Below are positions 30,259 to 40,662 of a DNA stretch of 64,000 nucleotides, piece by piece. Source of the DNA: Candidatus Thorarchaeota archaeon (GTDB lineage Archaea > Asgardarchaeota > Thorarchaeia > Thorarchaeales > Thorarchaeaceae); contig DXJO01000008.1 in assembly GCA_019057475.1 (NCBI GenBank), positions 32,001 to 96,000 of the forward strand, given 5' to 3'. The notes under the pieces were generated by a model. It worked only from the letters and a program-made list of their open reading frames with translations, was not told the DNA's origin and searched no databases. The translations under genes and the position numbers were made by a program. Every line of letters starts with the position of its first letter. The first letter of the stretch is position 1.

Positions 30259-30534
30259 GTTGCCCGAAACTTATACAATCCTGGACATCAATATCATTGA
30301 CTGATGTTCGGTTCCTGATTCATTGAGGTCTGCTCTGCAGATCCTACTGAATCTGCGACAAGTCTTACGTCCTCTCCACAGGCGTTTTCTGTCTCCGTCC
30401 AACTGGCGGCGACCAAATTACATGGAGGCCCTAGCACTCTGCATTGAACATCCACACCACTCAATCCTGAGCATATGTTATAACCACCTACAAAATGTCA
30501 AGAAGATTGTACAAGTTCTTGGCAACTGTTGCAT
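30259..30534. mobile_element. Non-autonomous ~275-bp insertion element, copy 1
   Basis: Closely similar to 50916-51190; ACC at both junctions (30256-58, 30535-37); imperfect inverted repeats 30256-30280 / 30505-30529. Confidence 0.8.
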
Positions 30535-30535
30535 A

Positions 30536-31431
30536 CCCTCTTTTAGGAGGGCCTTGTGACCTCATCCATATCGACCACCTCCAGACACGCTTTTGTATTC
30601 ATTGCGTAGATGGATTAAGAGAGGGAACAGCTATGCACGATTTTTCAGATTCTTCATTCTCCCCCAAGGAGCAGGAGATTCGAAATGGATTACGATTAAG
30701 ACTTCGCTTGGGCCTTCTCTTGACTATCTTCGCAATCGCGTTGTTCGCTTCTCTCAACCTGATTCACGGTTTGGTTCCAGAGGCGATTGAGCTCTTGCTG
30801 TTTGTAGCATTCATGGTGATGATCCTTGTCGGATTCCTTGTCAGCGGTTACTACGGACTAGGCCGTATCCTCTTCTTCCATAGTCTAGACCTGATCAGGA
30901 TGATTGCCCCTGACGAGATGGTGGTGACTAGTAGATATGGAGTAGTCAGAAGAGGATCTGTTTACATCTTGGCGAAATGGGGTGCAGATGTCCTCACGTT
31001 CATCGCGTTCTTGCACTCTGAACCAGCTCTTACCCCGAAGATCAAGATACCGTCAATTATCTGGCGTTGGGAACACACAATTCCCATTGACAGTCTGAAA
31101 GTCACGCGACGAGAAGGGCACTTCACTGTGCCGACTTCAGAGAATTCATTCATCAGTGGAGAAGGCATCCTCTATTCGCTAATAATCGATCCTAGTCGGC
31201 ATTCTAGACAGACATCGGGCTTCTCGAGAGACCAGCTCCTGCGTATTGTCGATACGCTTAGTGAGGAAACGACAAGCTATGGCAGTGGCAGAGTAGAATG
31301 ATATTTCCACAAAGGGTGGAGAGTTTGGTGTAACTTCCTGCAGCTTCATGATTCTCAGGGAAGAGGTGTAACTGCATTGAAACCACTCTCTCCCACCGTG
31401 GCATTTGATGCTGCAGTTACCAGTAGTGCCG
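30536..31431 (+). repeat. ~896-bp direct repeat copy A (pairs with 34399-35294)
   Basis: Same 3863-bp offset at the start (CCCTCTT), at the ATG and at the end (CAGTAGTGCCG). Confidence 0.92.
30633..31301 (+). CDS. Two-TM hypothetical protein, family member 2
   Basis: 222 aa from ATG 30633, same length as and highly similar to 34496-35164. Confidence 0.8.
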   Translation: MHDFSDSSFSPKEQEIRNGLRLRLRLGLLLTIFAIALFASLNLIHGLVPEAIELLLFVAFMVMILVGFLVSGYYGLGRILFFHSLDLIRMIAPDEMVVTSRYGVVRRGSVYILAKWGADVLTFIAFLHSEPALTPKIKIPSIIWRWEHTIPIDSLKVTRREGHFTVPTSENSFISGEGILYSLIIDPSRHSRQTSGFSRDQLLRIVDTLSEETTSYGSGRVE

Positions 31432-31534
31432 TTCTCTCTCAGTATTGAAACGGAGCATAACATGAAGTTCGAAACACTAAATAGCTCAAACAGACATATG
31501 AATAGTGTTGCAGATTCCAGGGTTGAAATTGCTG

Positions 31535-34393
31535 ATGCAGAAACAGGCTGCCAGTCTAAAGGTTGAAAAGAAGTCGACATATCTATGGGTTCTCTTCGCG
31601 GTTTGTCTCCTCACTCTTACGGTCCCACCAGCAGGTAGTCTGGCTACACGCAGTCATGAGAGCGACGATCAGAATCCCCTGATCTGGCAGGGCCCGGGCA
31701 TGCCGGTGCAGAGAAGCGCCCCCTTGGCGGAAAGGCCAAGCTTTGAGTTGCTGAGAAGCTCTCTGCGTCAGCGCAGCAGACTTGAAGCCACTGTATCACT
31801 ATCTGGGTTTCATGGAAGCAGCCCAGGACGTTCACTAAGGGCGACGCAGCAGCAGGCCTTGCCGACCAGCTCGATGCTGGCTATGGCTGGATTGACACCA
31901 CATGGTCCCATTGTCATACTTAGCGACTCGGATTTCGCGGCTCAAGGATGGCCCGGCTCAGGCACATCGGGTGATCCGTATAGGATTGAGCATCTAGCAA
32001 TAGACTTGAACAGCACAGATGGCAATTGTATCGAAATTCAGAGTACCAGTGCTCACTTCGTAGTGTTCAACTGCACGCTGACAGAGGCAACCGGTCTAGG
32101 ATACTCAGGCATCTATCTGAATGATGTGCAAAATGGACGACTCGAAGCCAACAATATCACTGGCAACGATATCGGCATTCTACTCAGGAACTCGAACCTC
32201 AACAACATTCTAAACAACGCCATCTCAAATCATAGCCGCGCTGGGGTCTACCTTGATGGATCCAGTGACAACACGATTCGGACAAACAATGTCAGCACCA
32301 GTTGGAGTGGACTCTACCTAGAATGGTCCACCAGCAATGTATTGAACAACAACTACTGCTACGACAACGAGTTTGGCATTGATGTCTACGGAGCCTCCAC
32401 AAGCAATTCAATAGTGAATAATACGTGTGTTTCTAACAACTATGGCATCTACCTGTTGCATATAACGGAGAATGCAATCATAGAGAACAACTGCTCTCAG
32501 AACAATGTGGGAATCCATGTCCTCGAGTCTAATTCGAACTCGATTGATACAAACATCTGCAACGAAAACGTCTATGGGGGTATTCTGGTCAATCTCTCAG
32601 TGTACAATGACGTTTCAGACAACTATTGTGGCTACAACACCAATTGGGCCGGCATAATCCTCTCAGCTTCGAACCACACTCGTGTGACAGACAATACATG
32701 CACAGGGAATCCAGATGGAATATGGCTAACAGCCAGTTCACAGAATGAGCTGCTGCACAACAACTGCACGTATAATGTCAATGGTATTCACATTCAGGAT
32801 TCTTCAGGAGACCAAATCGCCAACAACATCTGCAACAACAACACAGACACGGGCATGCTGATCGAAGGTGTATCGCTCTCCTTGAGAGTGGTCTACAACA
32901 ATACATGCAGCGACAATGGTATTATCGGTATCGTATTGATGCTCGGTGCCAATGCCACTGAGTTGAGCCAGAACGTCTGTTCAAGTAATGTGGTTAGTTC
33001 CCAGGCTGGAATACTCCTCATGGAGTCCTACAACAATACTGTAGATAGCAACGCATGTTACGGCAATCAGGACTTCGGAATACAAATGTTACAATCAGAA
33101 CTGACCATAGTGAAACGAAACAACATCACAGTCACCGGGGGGGTAGGTATCTTTCTTGAAGAATCAGTGAATAACACTCTTGCGGGCAACATATGCCATG
33201 ATATCTTCAACCCAGATTGGGACTCTGGCTATGCCATCTACCTAATGTATCTCTCTGATTTCAACCTAATTGAGGACAACCTTTGCTATGACAATCCATT
33301 CGGTATCTTACTTTTTCAAGCCAACAACAACACCGTCATCAACAACTTCTGTTTCAACAGTACGCACGTCCCTGACGTTAGTTCAGGAATAGCTATTGTT
33401 ATGGCATGGAACAATACAGTCACCAACAACAGGCTCCATAACAACACTGTAGGTGCATTCCTCTTAGACACAAATGGCAACACGATCTCATTCAATTCCC
33501 TCAGGGGAAACGAGTTCGGAGTATACCTTGAGGACGACTCTGCCAACAATACCATCTCATGGAATGTCTTCGAGAACAACACCGCAAATGGTTGGGATGC
33601 TGGGACGACCAATATCATCGATTACAACTTCTGGTCCAATTACACAGGGTCGGACGCAAATGGGGATGGGTTTGGAGATGTACCGCATCCGATTCAAGGC
33701 GATGCTGGCAACGCTGATCCTCATCCATTGATGTTTCATCCATTCCCACCTGAATGGGTTCAACCTCCTACAGACCAGGTCATCGAGTTCGGTGCCCACT
33801 TCGAGTACGAGCTTGAGGTCACATCCACTGCACCCTTTGAGTTGTGGGTCAACGATTCTGCGGCTTTCGCAATCGACGTCAATGAAACAATCGTAAGTCC
33901 AAGTGTTCTCCCTGTTGGAGTCTACCCGCTCGAGGTAAGAGCGATCAATATCTACGGATATGCAGCTAAAGGTGTCTTCACATTATTGGTTCAAGATACA
34001 ACTCCACCAACGGTGAATAGTCCCGATGACATCACTTACACTTCCGGAGAACCTGGCGCTCTGATAGAATGGAGCATTTCAGACCTAAGCTATCTCAGTT
34101 ACCGGGTTCTTAGAAACGGAACAGAGGTCGATTCGAGTGGCATAACTCTAACAGCGTATCAGGTCACAATATCAGTCGAGTATCTCGACCCCGGGGTTCA
34201 CAACTTCACTATCGTAGCGGTCGACGCTGAGGGCAACATAGCGACGGACACGGTCCTTGTCACGGTACTCCCAATCCCGTTCCTTGAGGCAATGCTTCCA
34301 TTCCTGATTCTGGGTCTGGCGGGAGTTGCAGTGGTTGTAGTGATACTCGTCCTGCTCAGGAAGCGAAAGCTACGTGGTGGAGAAAACAGCTAA
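31535..34393 (+). CDS. Membrane-anchored NosD/beta-helix surface protein with Ig-like modules
   Basis: PHGPIVILSD...WPGSGTSGDPY; many NNxCxxNxxGIxL coils; YNFWSNYTG.D.NGDGFGD.P; TM followed by RKRK. Start is approximate. Confidence 0.85.
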   Translation: MQKQAASLKVEKKSTYLWVLFAVCLLTLTVPPAGSLATRSHESDDQNPLIWQGPGMPVQRSAPLAERPSFELLRSSLRQRSRLEATVSLSGFHGSSPGRSLRATQQQALPTSSMLAMAGLTPHGPIVILSDSDFAAQGWPGSGTSGDPYRIEHLAIDLNSTDGNCIEIQSTSAHFVVFNCTLTEATGLGYSGIYLNDVQNGRLEANNITGNDIGILLRNSNLNNILNNAISNHSRAGVYLDGSSDNTIRTNNVSTSWSGLYLEWSTSNVLNNNYCYDNEFGIDVYGASTSNSIVNNTCVSNNYGIYLLHITENAIIENNCSQNNVGIHVLESNSNSIDTNICNENVYGGILVNLSVYNDVSDNYCGYNTNWAGIILSASNHTRVTDNTCTGNPDGIWLTASSQNELLHNNCTYNVNGIHIQDSSGDQIANNICNNNTDTGMLIEGVSLSLRVVYNNTCSDNGIIGIVLMLGANATELSQNVCSSNVVSSQAGILLMESYNNTVDSNACYGNQDFGIQMLQSELTIVKRNNITVTGGVGIFLEESVNNTLAGNICHDIFNPDWDSGYAIYLMYLSDFNLIEDNLCYDNPFGILLFQANNNTVINNFCFNSTHVPDVSSGIAIVMAWNNTVTNNRLHNNTVGAFLLDTNGNTISFNSLRGNEFGVYLEDDSANNTISWNVFENNTANGWDAGTTNIIDYNFWSNYTGSDANGDGFGDVPHPIQGDAGNADPHPLMFHPFPPEWVQPPTDQVIEFGAHFEYELEVTSTAPFELWVNDSAAFAIDVNETIVSPSVLPVGVYPLEVRAINIYGYAAKGVFTLLVQDTTPPTVNSPDDITYTSGEPGALIEWSISDLSYLSYRVLRNGTEVDSSGITLTAYQVTISVEYLDPGVHNFTIVAVDAEGNIATDTVLVTVLPIPFLEAMLPFLILGLAGVAVVVVILVLLRKRKLRGGENS

Positions 34394-34398
34394 GGCAG

Positions 34399-35294
34399 CC
34401 CTCTTCTGGGAGGACCTTGTGACCTCATCCATATCGACCATCTCCAGATACGTTTTTGTATTCATTTCATAAACAGATTAAGAGAAGGAACACCTATGCA
34501 CGATCTTTCAGATTCTTCATTCTCCCCCAAAGAACAGGAGATTCGAAACGGATTGCGATTAAGGCTTCGCTTGGGCCTTCTCTTGACTATCTTCGCAATC
34601 GCGTTGTTCGCTTCTCTCTACCTGATTCACGGTTTGATTCCAGTGGAGATGGCGATCACACTGTTTGTAGCATCCATGTTGATGATCTTTGTCGGAATCA
34701 TTGTTAGCGGTTACTACGGACTGGGCCGTATCCTCTTTTTTCATAATCTAGACCTGCTCAGGATGATTGCCCCTGACGAGATGGCGGTGACTAGTAGCTA
34801 TGGGGTTGTCAGAAGAGGATCTGTTTACATCCTGGCGAAATGGGGGTCAAATGTCCTTACGTTCATCGCGTTCTTGCACTCTGAACCAGCTCTTGCCCCG
34901 AAGATCAAAATACCGCGAATTATCTGGCGTTGGGAATACACATTTCCCATTGGCAGTTTGAAAGTCACCCGTCGAGAAGGACACTTCACAGTGCCGACTT
35001 CAGAGTATTCATTCTTCAGTGGAGAAGGCATCCTCTACGCGCTATTAATCGATGCCAGTTCGTATTCTAGACAGACATCGGGCTTCCCGAGCGACCAGCT
35101 CCTGCGTATTGTCGATACGCTTAGTGAGGAAGCGGCAAGCTATGGCAGTGGCAGAGTAGAATGATATTTCCCCCAAGGATGGGGGATTTAGTGTTACTTC
35201 CTGCAGCTTCATGATTGTCAGCGAAGAAGTGTAACTGCATCAGAATCCCTCTCTCCCACCATGGCATTTGATGTTTCAGTTACCAGTAGTGCCG
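34399..35294 (+). repeat. ~896-bp direct repeat copy B
   Basis: Aligns with 30536-31431; begins 5 bp after the NosD stop codon. Confidence 0.92.
34496..35164 (+). CDS. Two-TM hypothetical protein, family member 3
   Basis: MHDLSDSSFSPKEQEIRNGLRLRLRLG..., near-duplicate of 30633-31301. Confidence 0.8.
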   Translation: MHDLSDSSFSPKEQEIRNGLRLRLRLGLLLTIFAIALFASLYLIHGLIPVEMAITLFVASMLMIFVGIIVSGYYGLGRILFFHNLDLLRMIAPDEMAVTSSYGVVRRGSVYILAKWGSNVLTFIAFLHSEPALAPKIKIPRIIWRWEYTFPIGSLKVTRREGHFTVPTSEYSFFSGEGILYALLIDASSYSRQTSGFPSDQLLRIVDTLSEEAASYGSGRVE

Positions 35295-35621
35295 CTCGCC
35301 TCCAATCGCGTAAAGACCCCAGATAAGATCCAAGTATTCGCCTCTGGTCCCAAATGGTACACTGAACTCAATCTGTCCATTCTTAGTTTTCTTGGTGTAC
35401 CCGGTGTTCTCCACCAGCGATTCGATATCCCCGGCTTGCTCGATATTCGCTATTATTTCGACAGGTATCTTCCCGAGGTAGAAATACACACGTATTCCAT
35501 TAGGAAACTCGTAGTTCTCACCTATTGTCCAAGTTGCTCGACATCTATCAAGTTTCATCATTTTCCAATTATGAAGCACAACCTCGTTTCTCATTTCCTG
35601 TGTGACTTCCACAAGAACCAC
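35280..35621 (-). pseudogene. Hypothetical protein, probably decayed
   Basis: 113-aa ORF without a good start. Its end (RHYW*) and the continuation past the stop recur near 31417-31432. Confidence 0.4.
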
Positions 35622-35797
35622 CTACGCTGTGAGAACACGAAATCGCTGTTAAGTTATTGCTTGATTTCATTGGGTCTGGCGACCTATCCAGAATTATCAT
35701 TGGTGTTCAGCAATCAATGGACCGAGTATTGAGCATGATATCAATTGATAAGACAGTACCTGGATATGCTATGTGCATTTCCTTTGAGGTGAGATTC

Positions 35798-36370
35798 ATG
35801 CGTGGACAATGGATGATACTATCGGTGATTGTTGGAGTAGTGATGCTCATCACTGACATGAAGTATGGATGGCTATCCCTGTTCTTGGGTGGCTTCTCAA
35901 GTCTGCTTGTGATAGCTCTTGTCGTGGGAATCATTGCCGGAGGAGTAAAGGACGGGATTCTGAGTGTACTGGCTACTGAATTCCTAGGCGTTCTCGTGAT
36001 TACTCTCATTATGCCCTACGTGTTTCCTGAGTGGTGTTATATCTTGGTAGGATTCTTTCCGATCGACATGCTATTGGCGAGTGTTATAATTATTCAACAC
36101 AGTGCCACTCTTGGTACATTGGGGCTTCCATGGTATCTCGTGGGTGAGCATGGGCCAGAAGCCCTGGGATCGCTAATCATGGCTCCTTTCATCTTTGGCA
36201 CAGCCTTGGTGCTCGGCGGGCTCGGAGGGCACATCGGGCGAGTCATTAGACAGCGCTTCCTGGGGCCTGACATTCCCAGCAAAGCCGTGTCGCCAGGTAA
36301 GCCAATCGCTCAGGAACCGCAAGAAGAAGATGTCAGTCAGGGTGATTTTGCCTCTGATACAACCGAATGA
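35798..36370 (+). CDS. Multi-pass membrane protein
   Basis: GAGGTGA RBS before ATG 35798; about five hydrophobic segments; acidic tail. Confidence 0.7.
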   Translation: MRGQWMILSVIVGVVMLITDMKYGWLSLFLGGFSSLLVIALVVGIIAGGVKDGILSVLATEFLGVLVITLIMPYVFPEWCYILVGFFPIDMLLASVIIIQHSATLGTLGLPWYLVGEHGPEALGSLIMAPFIFGTALVLGGLGGHIGRVIRQRFLGPDIPSKAVSPGKPIAQEPQEEDVSQGDFASDTTE

Positions 36371-36574
36371 TCCTGTTGGCTCCTTGTGCTCATGCGGCCT
36401 ATTTCGGAAGTCAGTCCAAGCTTCAGCAATGGAGGGATTCCTTATCGAAAACGCTTACAAGCGATCTGATAAGACGCGGCAACCTGTCCTAGGAGTTCAT
36501 TAGAAGACATGAATTCGCAGTCCAGACATGAATACAATGGGTTTCTCGTGAGAGTTCATTGACGGCAACTGAAA

Positions 36575-36691
36575 CTAGGTCTTCTCCAAGGTCCTTAGGA
36601 CGGACTGGATGCTTTCCTCCAATGACTTCATCCTTAGTTGAAGAGCTAATACTTCCTCCATTAGGAGAGCAAGCTTCTCTTCGATCTCCAT
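36575..36691 (-). CDS. Putative 38-aa coiled-coil peptide (not in ORF track)
   Basis: MEIEEKLALLMEEVLALQLRMKSLEESIQSVLRTLEKT*; heptad pattern; GGGGAA upstream. Confidence 0.4.
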   Translation of the reverse strand: MEIEEKLALLMEEVLALQLRMKSLEESIQSVLRTLEKT

Positions 36692-36765
36692 TTCCCCGTC
36701 AGAAGTCAACGGGAAGCCACTTGAATCCCTGTCAGCTTTCTTCCACTTTGGCATTTTCTTCCGTC

Positions 36766-38145
36766 CTACGCTTCTTTTTGAAAATACAGAATGCTCTCTC
36801 TCAGGGCAAATGTGCGTCTGATTCCAGACCGTCTTGTGCGGTCAATCTCTATGCCAGTTGGGCGGTATCCAATCCTCTGTGCTATCATCATGGTAATCAA
36901 ATCGGTTGGGACATAAACGTCGAGGATCAGCGAGTCCCCTACTACCCACGCCACTCTGGCCCCGTCATTAATGGACTCGTACATATTGCTGAGAACCATA
37001 TGAATGTCCTCAAAGTATTTCCGAAGTAGAATCGGATAGTCCTTTCTTCTGATACCGATTCTCTCTCTCATTCTTGGTTTGCTGGCCGCAATAATATAGT
37101 CAAGCCAATCAATCGAAAGGAGGGGGGTTTGTTCTGCATATGACTTCATCATTGATCTAGAAACGTTGTCACACAACACCATGCGATCGCGGAGTTTGCT
37201 AAGGTCCTTTGTGGAGGCCGCATCTTCCATCCAGCCTATTTCTAGCTTGTAGTTGCCAACGTAGTCGAAGCTATTGAGGTACGGGGGCGAGGTTATGACT
37301 GCATCAACTGCGATATCCTCAGGCAAAGCAAATGCCTTAGAGTCTTCACAGAACGAAATGGACTTTCCTTGTTTCTCCACCTTCGTCTGCACGAACCGAA
37401 GGTCGCTGATAATTTCCTTGACCTTCTCTTCAAACAGCTGGAATGGTAGTTTTGGGTATAGATTCTTGGATTTCTTCTTGTCGTAACCGATTGACGGTGA
37501 CCTTCTCAAGTTGCTCGATGGCAGAAGAATGCTCGCGAACGCCAGCTCGAAGTAGCATCTAAGGCGCGGGTTATCCACCAATCCTACCCGTTCCTTTATC
37601 CTTAGGATATTCTCAAGTATCTCAGGTTGAAATTGTCTCTCTGTTTCGAGGAAGGCTGGAGGCTCCGTTGATGCCTTCTTTGAGAAGTTCATCGCATCAT
37701 ATTGGTGTTGAATCTCTCTCGGATTCGCATCCCATGATGTCTTTGCCAAGAGCACTCTGAAGATTGTAGGATTGATTTCGATACCAACAGAGTCTACACC
37801 TTTCATCATAGCAGCAACGTTAACGGTGCCAGATCCCGCAAAAGGGTCAAGTATCCGGTGGTCGGAAGATAGTCCGAACTGCTCGATTATGTCATAGACG
37901 AAGCTCTCAGAGAAACCCTCTAGGTAGCTGGTCCAACGATGAATCGGCCTCTGCTTGTTATTCGCGAAGTTCAAACCACGGTTCAACAGCCGGTGAGATA
38001 TCTTTACGTCGGGAAATCTAAGCTTGAACTCATGCAGGTAGGTATCAGGCGTCTTGAAGTGATAGCCGATTCCCTCCCAAAGGGCGTAGTTGTGACTGTA
38101 AAACGACTCGGCATCACTAACTAACGAGTTCATGTTGTTGACCAT
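36766..38145 (-). CDS. Amino-DNA methyltransferase (motif I before SPPY; likely m4C, alpha class)
   Basis: HRWTSYLEGFS, LDPFAGSGT, GIEINP, ITSPPY, WVVGDS. Confidence 0.85.
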   Translation of the reverse strand: MVNNMNSLVSDAESFYSHNYALWEGIGYHFKTPDTYLHEFKLRFPDVKISHRLLNRGLNFANNKQRPIHRWTSYLEGFSESFVYDIIEQFGLSSDHRILDPFAGSGTVNVAAMMKGVDSVGIEINPTIFRVLLAKTSWDANPREIQHQYDAMNFSKKASTEPPAFLETERQFQPEILENILRIKERVGLVDNPRLRCYFELAFASILLPSSNLRRSPSIGYDKKKSKNLYPKLPFQLFEEKVKEIISDLRFVQTKVEKQGKSISFCEDSKAFALPEDIAVDAVITSPPYLNSFDYVGNYKLEIGWMEDAASTKDLSKLRDRMVLCDNVSRSMMKSYAEQTPLLSIDWLDYIIAASKPRMRERIGIRRKDYPILLRKYFEDIHMVLSNMYESINDGARVAWVVGDSLILDVYVPTDLITMMIAQRIGYRPTGIEIDRTRRSGIRRTFALRESILYFQKEA

Positions 38146-38281
38146 ACTGTTGTTCTACTAGACTATCTGTCCTATTTGATGATTTGAGATATGCCATTTA
38201 AACCTCTAAGTTGCACCAGCATATGGCGATTTCGTACGATTTATTAAATGCAGGCAGCGTCTGTGCTTTGGCGGGTTGAAG

Positions 38282-40648
38282 ATGGCAGCTTCAAGAATTG
38301 AAACTCTACGGAACAATCTATTGGATTCTACAACAAGTTTGTACCTTGAGAGAACTCAGTTGTATACAGAATCTCTGAAACAGACTGAAGGAGAGCAGAG
38401 AATCATCCGGCAGGCGAAGGCTCTTGCCCACATGCTAGAAGGAATCCCAGTGCGGATACTTCCTGGCGAGCTAGTTGTGGGCGTCATTGCAGACAAGATA
38501 CGAGGCGCCATAATCTATCCTGAAGCACACGGAGCGCGGGTAATTCCCGAGCTTGAAGAGATAAAGAATCGCGACAAACGCTCAGTTGTTATTACGGACG
38601 AGGATATGAAGATCGTTCAAGACGAAATCGAATCCTACTGGGCCGACAAATCCACACTGGCACAAGGTGAGCGGAATATTCCCGAAAAGACAATGGAGGT
38701 CGTGTACTCGGGCTCAGTATTCCTACCTACTGAGGCAGCTGGATTCGGCCATTTGAGCATTAACTACCCAATGCTCTTCTCTATGGGTTTCAGCAAGTTC
38801 AAGGCGATAGCAGAAGAACGAGTTCTTGAATACGCCAAGAAAACTGATTCAGATTCAACCTCCAAGGCGCAATTCTACAGTGCTGCCGCAATAGCTGCTG
38901 AAGCGATGATTCACTTCGCAAAGCGCTATTCCGAAGAAGCAGCGAGAATGGCAGAAGATGAGAAAGACAGTCAGAGAAAAGAAGAGCTTGAGCAAATTGC
39001 TGAGGTATGCCAACGGGTTCCAAGAAATCCACCAACCAATTTCCACGAAGCGATCCAGTTCATTAGGTTCACTCACCTAGCTTTGACCATTGAAGCGTAT
39101 GATGGTCAAGCCATCTCAATGGGCCGGATGGACCAGTACCTTCAACCATTCTATGAGGCTGATGTCAAATCAGGGATACTAGATCGAAACCGAGCAAGAG
39201 AGCTCATAGAGCTGCTGTGGATTAAGACAAACGAACTGGTGCCTGTCTATGATAGCTTCGCAGGGCTGTACTTTGATGGTCTGTTAACGACGCAAGCCGC
39301 TACAATTGGCGGCATCAATCCGGAAGGGGTTGATTCGACAAACGACATGACCTACATAATTCTGGAAGCAACCAAGAATACGGGGCTTCCATTGCCAAAT
39401 GTCCACATCAGACTTCATAAGGAAACCCCTTTGAAACTCATGAGGGAAGTCGCAGCAACTGTGGCGTCTGAAACAAACAATATCGCCATGTTCAATGATG
39501 ATGTAATCGTCAAGTCCTGGGAGCGTCAAGGAATCCCAACAGAAGAGGCGAGAAACTACGCAACTGTTGGGTGCGTTGAACTGGCTCCATTTGGAACCAG
39601 CTTCACTTCGTCAGACGCGGCGCTATTCAATATCGCAATATGTCTTGAGCTTGCTTTGAATAATGGCGAAACCGTTCTGCTGGGGTCGAAGATTGGACTC
39701 GAAACTGGTGATCCATTGGAGTTCCAATCAATGGATGACGTCATTGAGGCATTCCGGAATCAACTCTCTTACTTGGTAGGACTAATGGCAGAAGCTTCGA
39801 ATCACTTTGAGAGAGCAACTGCTGAACTGATGCCTTCACCACTACTTTCACTCTGCGTAGAGGACTGCTTCAAGGCGGGTCAAGATATAACGACCGGTTC
39901 TGCAAGGTACAACTTTACTGGAGTTCAGGGGGTTGGAATGGCTGATGTTGCAGACTCCTTCACCGCAATGGATCAACTTGTGTTCAGAGAGAAACGGTTG
40001 AGCATGGCCGAACTACTGGAAGCCATAAGGGACGGATTTGATGATTACGAACCGACTAGACAACTGCTTCTGAACAAAGCCCCGAAATTCGGTAATGATG
40101 ACAAGACTGCCGATGACTACGCTAACCTCGTGGCGCGCATGTACGCTGAGGAAGTTGAAAAACACAAGAACATCCGGGGCGGTACTTTCATTGCAGGCAT
40201 GTACTCTGTGACATCTCATATTCCATTTGGATTCTTTACTGGTGCATTGCCAAGCGGACGATTAGCCACGACCACTCTGAGCAATGGTGCTTCACCTGCG
40301 ATTGGAGCACAGGCGAAGGGTTTGACGGCGGCCCTCAGTTCTGTTGCAAGCGTTGATCATACGCTCTACCCGAATGGAGTAGCTTATACCCTTGGTCTGG
40401 ATCCCAGCTTCGTAACCGGAGGAGAGGGCCTTGAGTCCCTTGTGAATGTACTCAGAACCTACGTGAAGCTCGGAGGTATGCAAATTCAATTCAACATGAT
40501 GGACCCAGAAACTCTTCGTGACGCCCAGAAGAACCCCGCAGATTATCGCAATCTTATCGTGCGTGTTGCTGGATATAGCGCGTACTTCGTGGACTTGAGC
40601 AATGAAGTCCAGGACGAAATTATCGGTAGGTTCCAAAGATCTGAATAG
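38282..40648 (+). CDS. Glycyl-radical enzyme (PFL2/dehydratase-like)
   Basis: GRMDQYL, single-Cys loop VGCVE, QIQFN and glycyl-radical loop LIVRVAGYSAYF. Confidence 0.92.
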   Translation: MAASRIETLRNNLLDSTTSLYLERTQLYTESLKQTEGEQRIIRQAKALAHMLEGIPVRILPGELVVGVIADKIRGAIIYPEAHGARVIPELEEIKNRDKRSVVITDEDMKIVQDEIESYWADKSTLAQGERNIPEKTMEVVYSGSVFLPTEAAGFGHLSINYPMLFSMGFSKFKAIAEERVLEYAKKTDSDSTSKAQFYSAAAIAAEAMIHFAKRYSEEAARMAEDEKDSQRKEELEQIAEVCQRVPRNPPTNFHEAIQFIRFTHLALTIEAYDGQAISMGRMDQYLQPFYEADVKSGILDRNRARELIELLWIKTNELVPVYDSFAGLYFDGLLTTQAATIGGINPEGVDSTNDMTYIILEATKNTGLPLPNVHIRLHKETPLKLMREVAATVASETNNIAMFNDDVIVKSWERQGIPTEEARNYATVGCVELAPFGTSFTSSDAALFNIAICLELALNNGETVLLGSKIGLETGDPLEFQSMDDVIEAFRNQLSYLVGLMAEASNHFERATAELMPSPLLSLCVEDCFKAGQDITTGSARYNFTGVQGVGMADVADSFTAMDQLVFREKRLSMAELLEAIRDGFDDYEPTRQLLLNKAPKFGNDDKTADDYANLVARMYAEEVEKHKNIRGGTFIAGMYSVTSHIPFGFFTGALPSGRLATTTLSNGASPAIGAQAKGLTAALSSVASVDHTLYPNGVAYTLGLDPSFVTGGEGLESLVNVLRTYVKLGGMQIQFNMMDPETLRDAQKNPADYRNLIVRVAGYSAYFVDLSNEVQDEIIGRFQRSE

Positions 40649-40662
40649 CATACTACTGCGAT

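Noticed and set aside
30323-30632. ORF 30323-30559 and the N-terminal extension of ORF 30495-31301
   Set aside because: They lie in or run out of the non-coding element; the frame is stopped earlier in copy 2, and the paralogue starts at the MHD codon.
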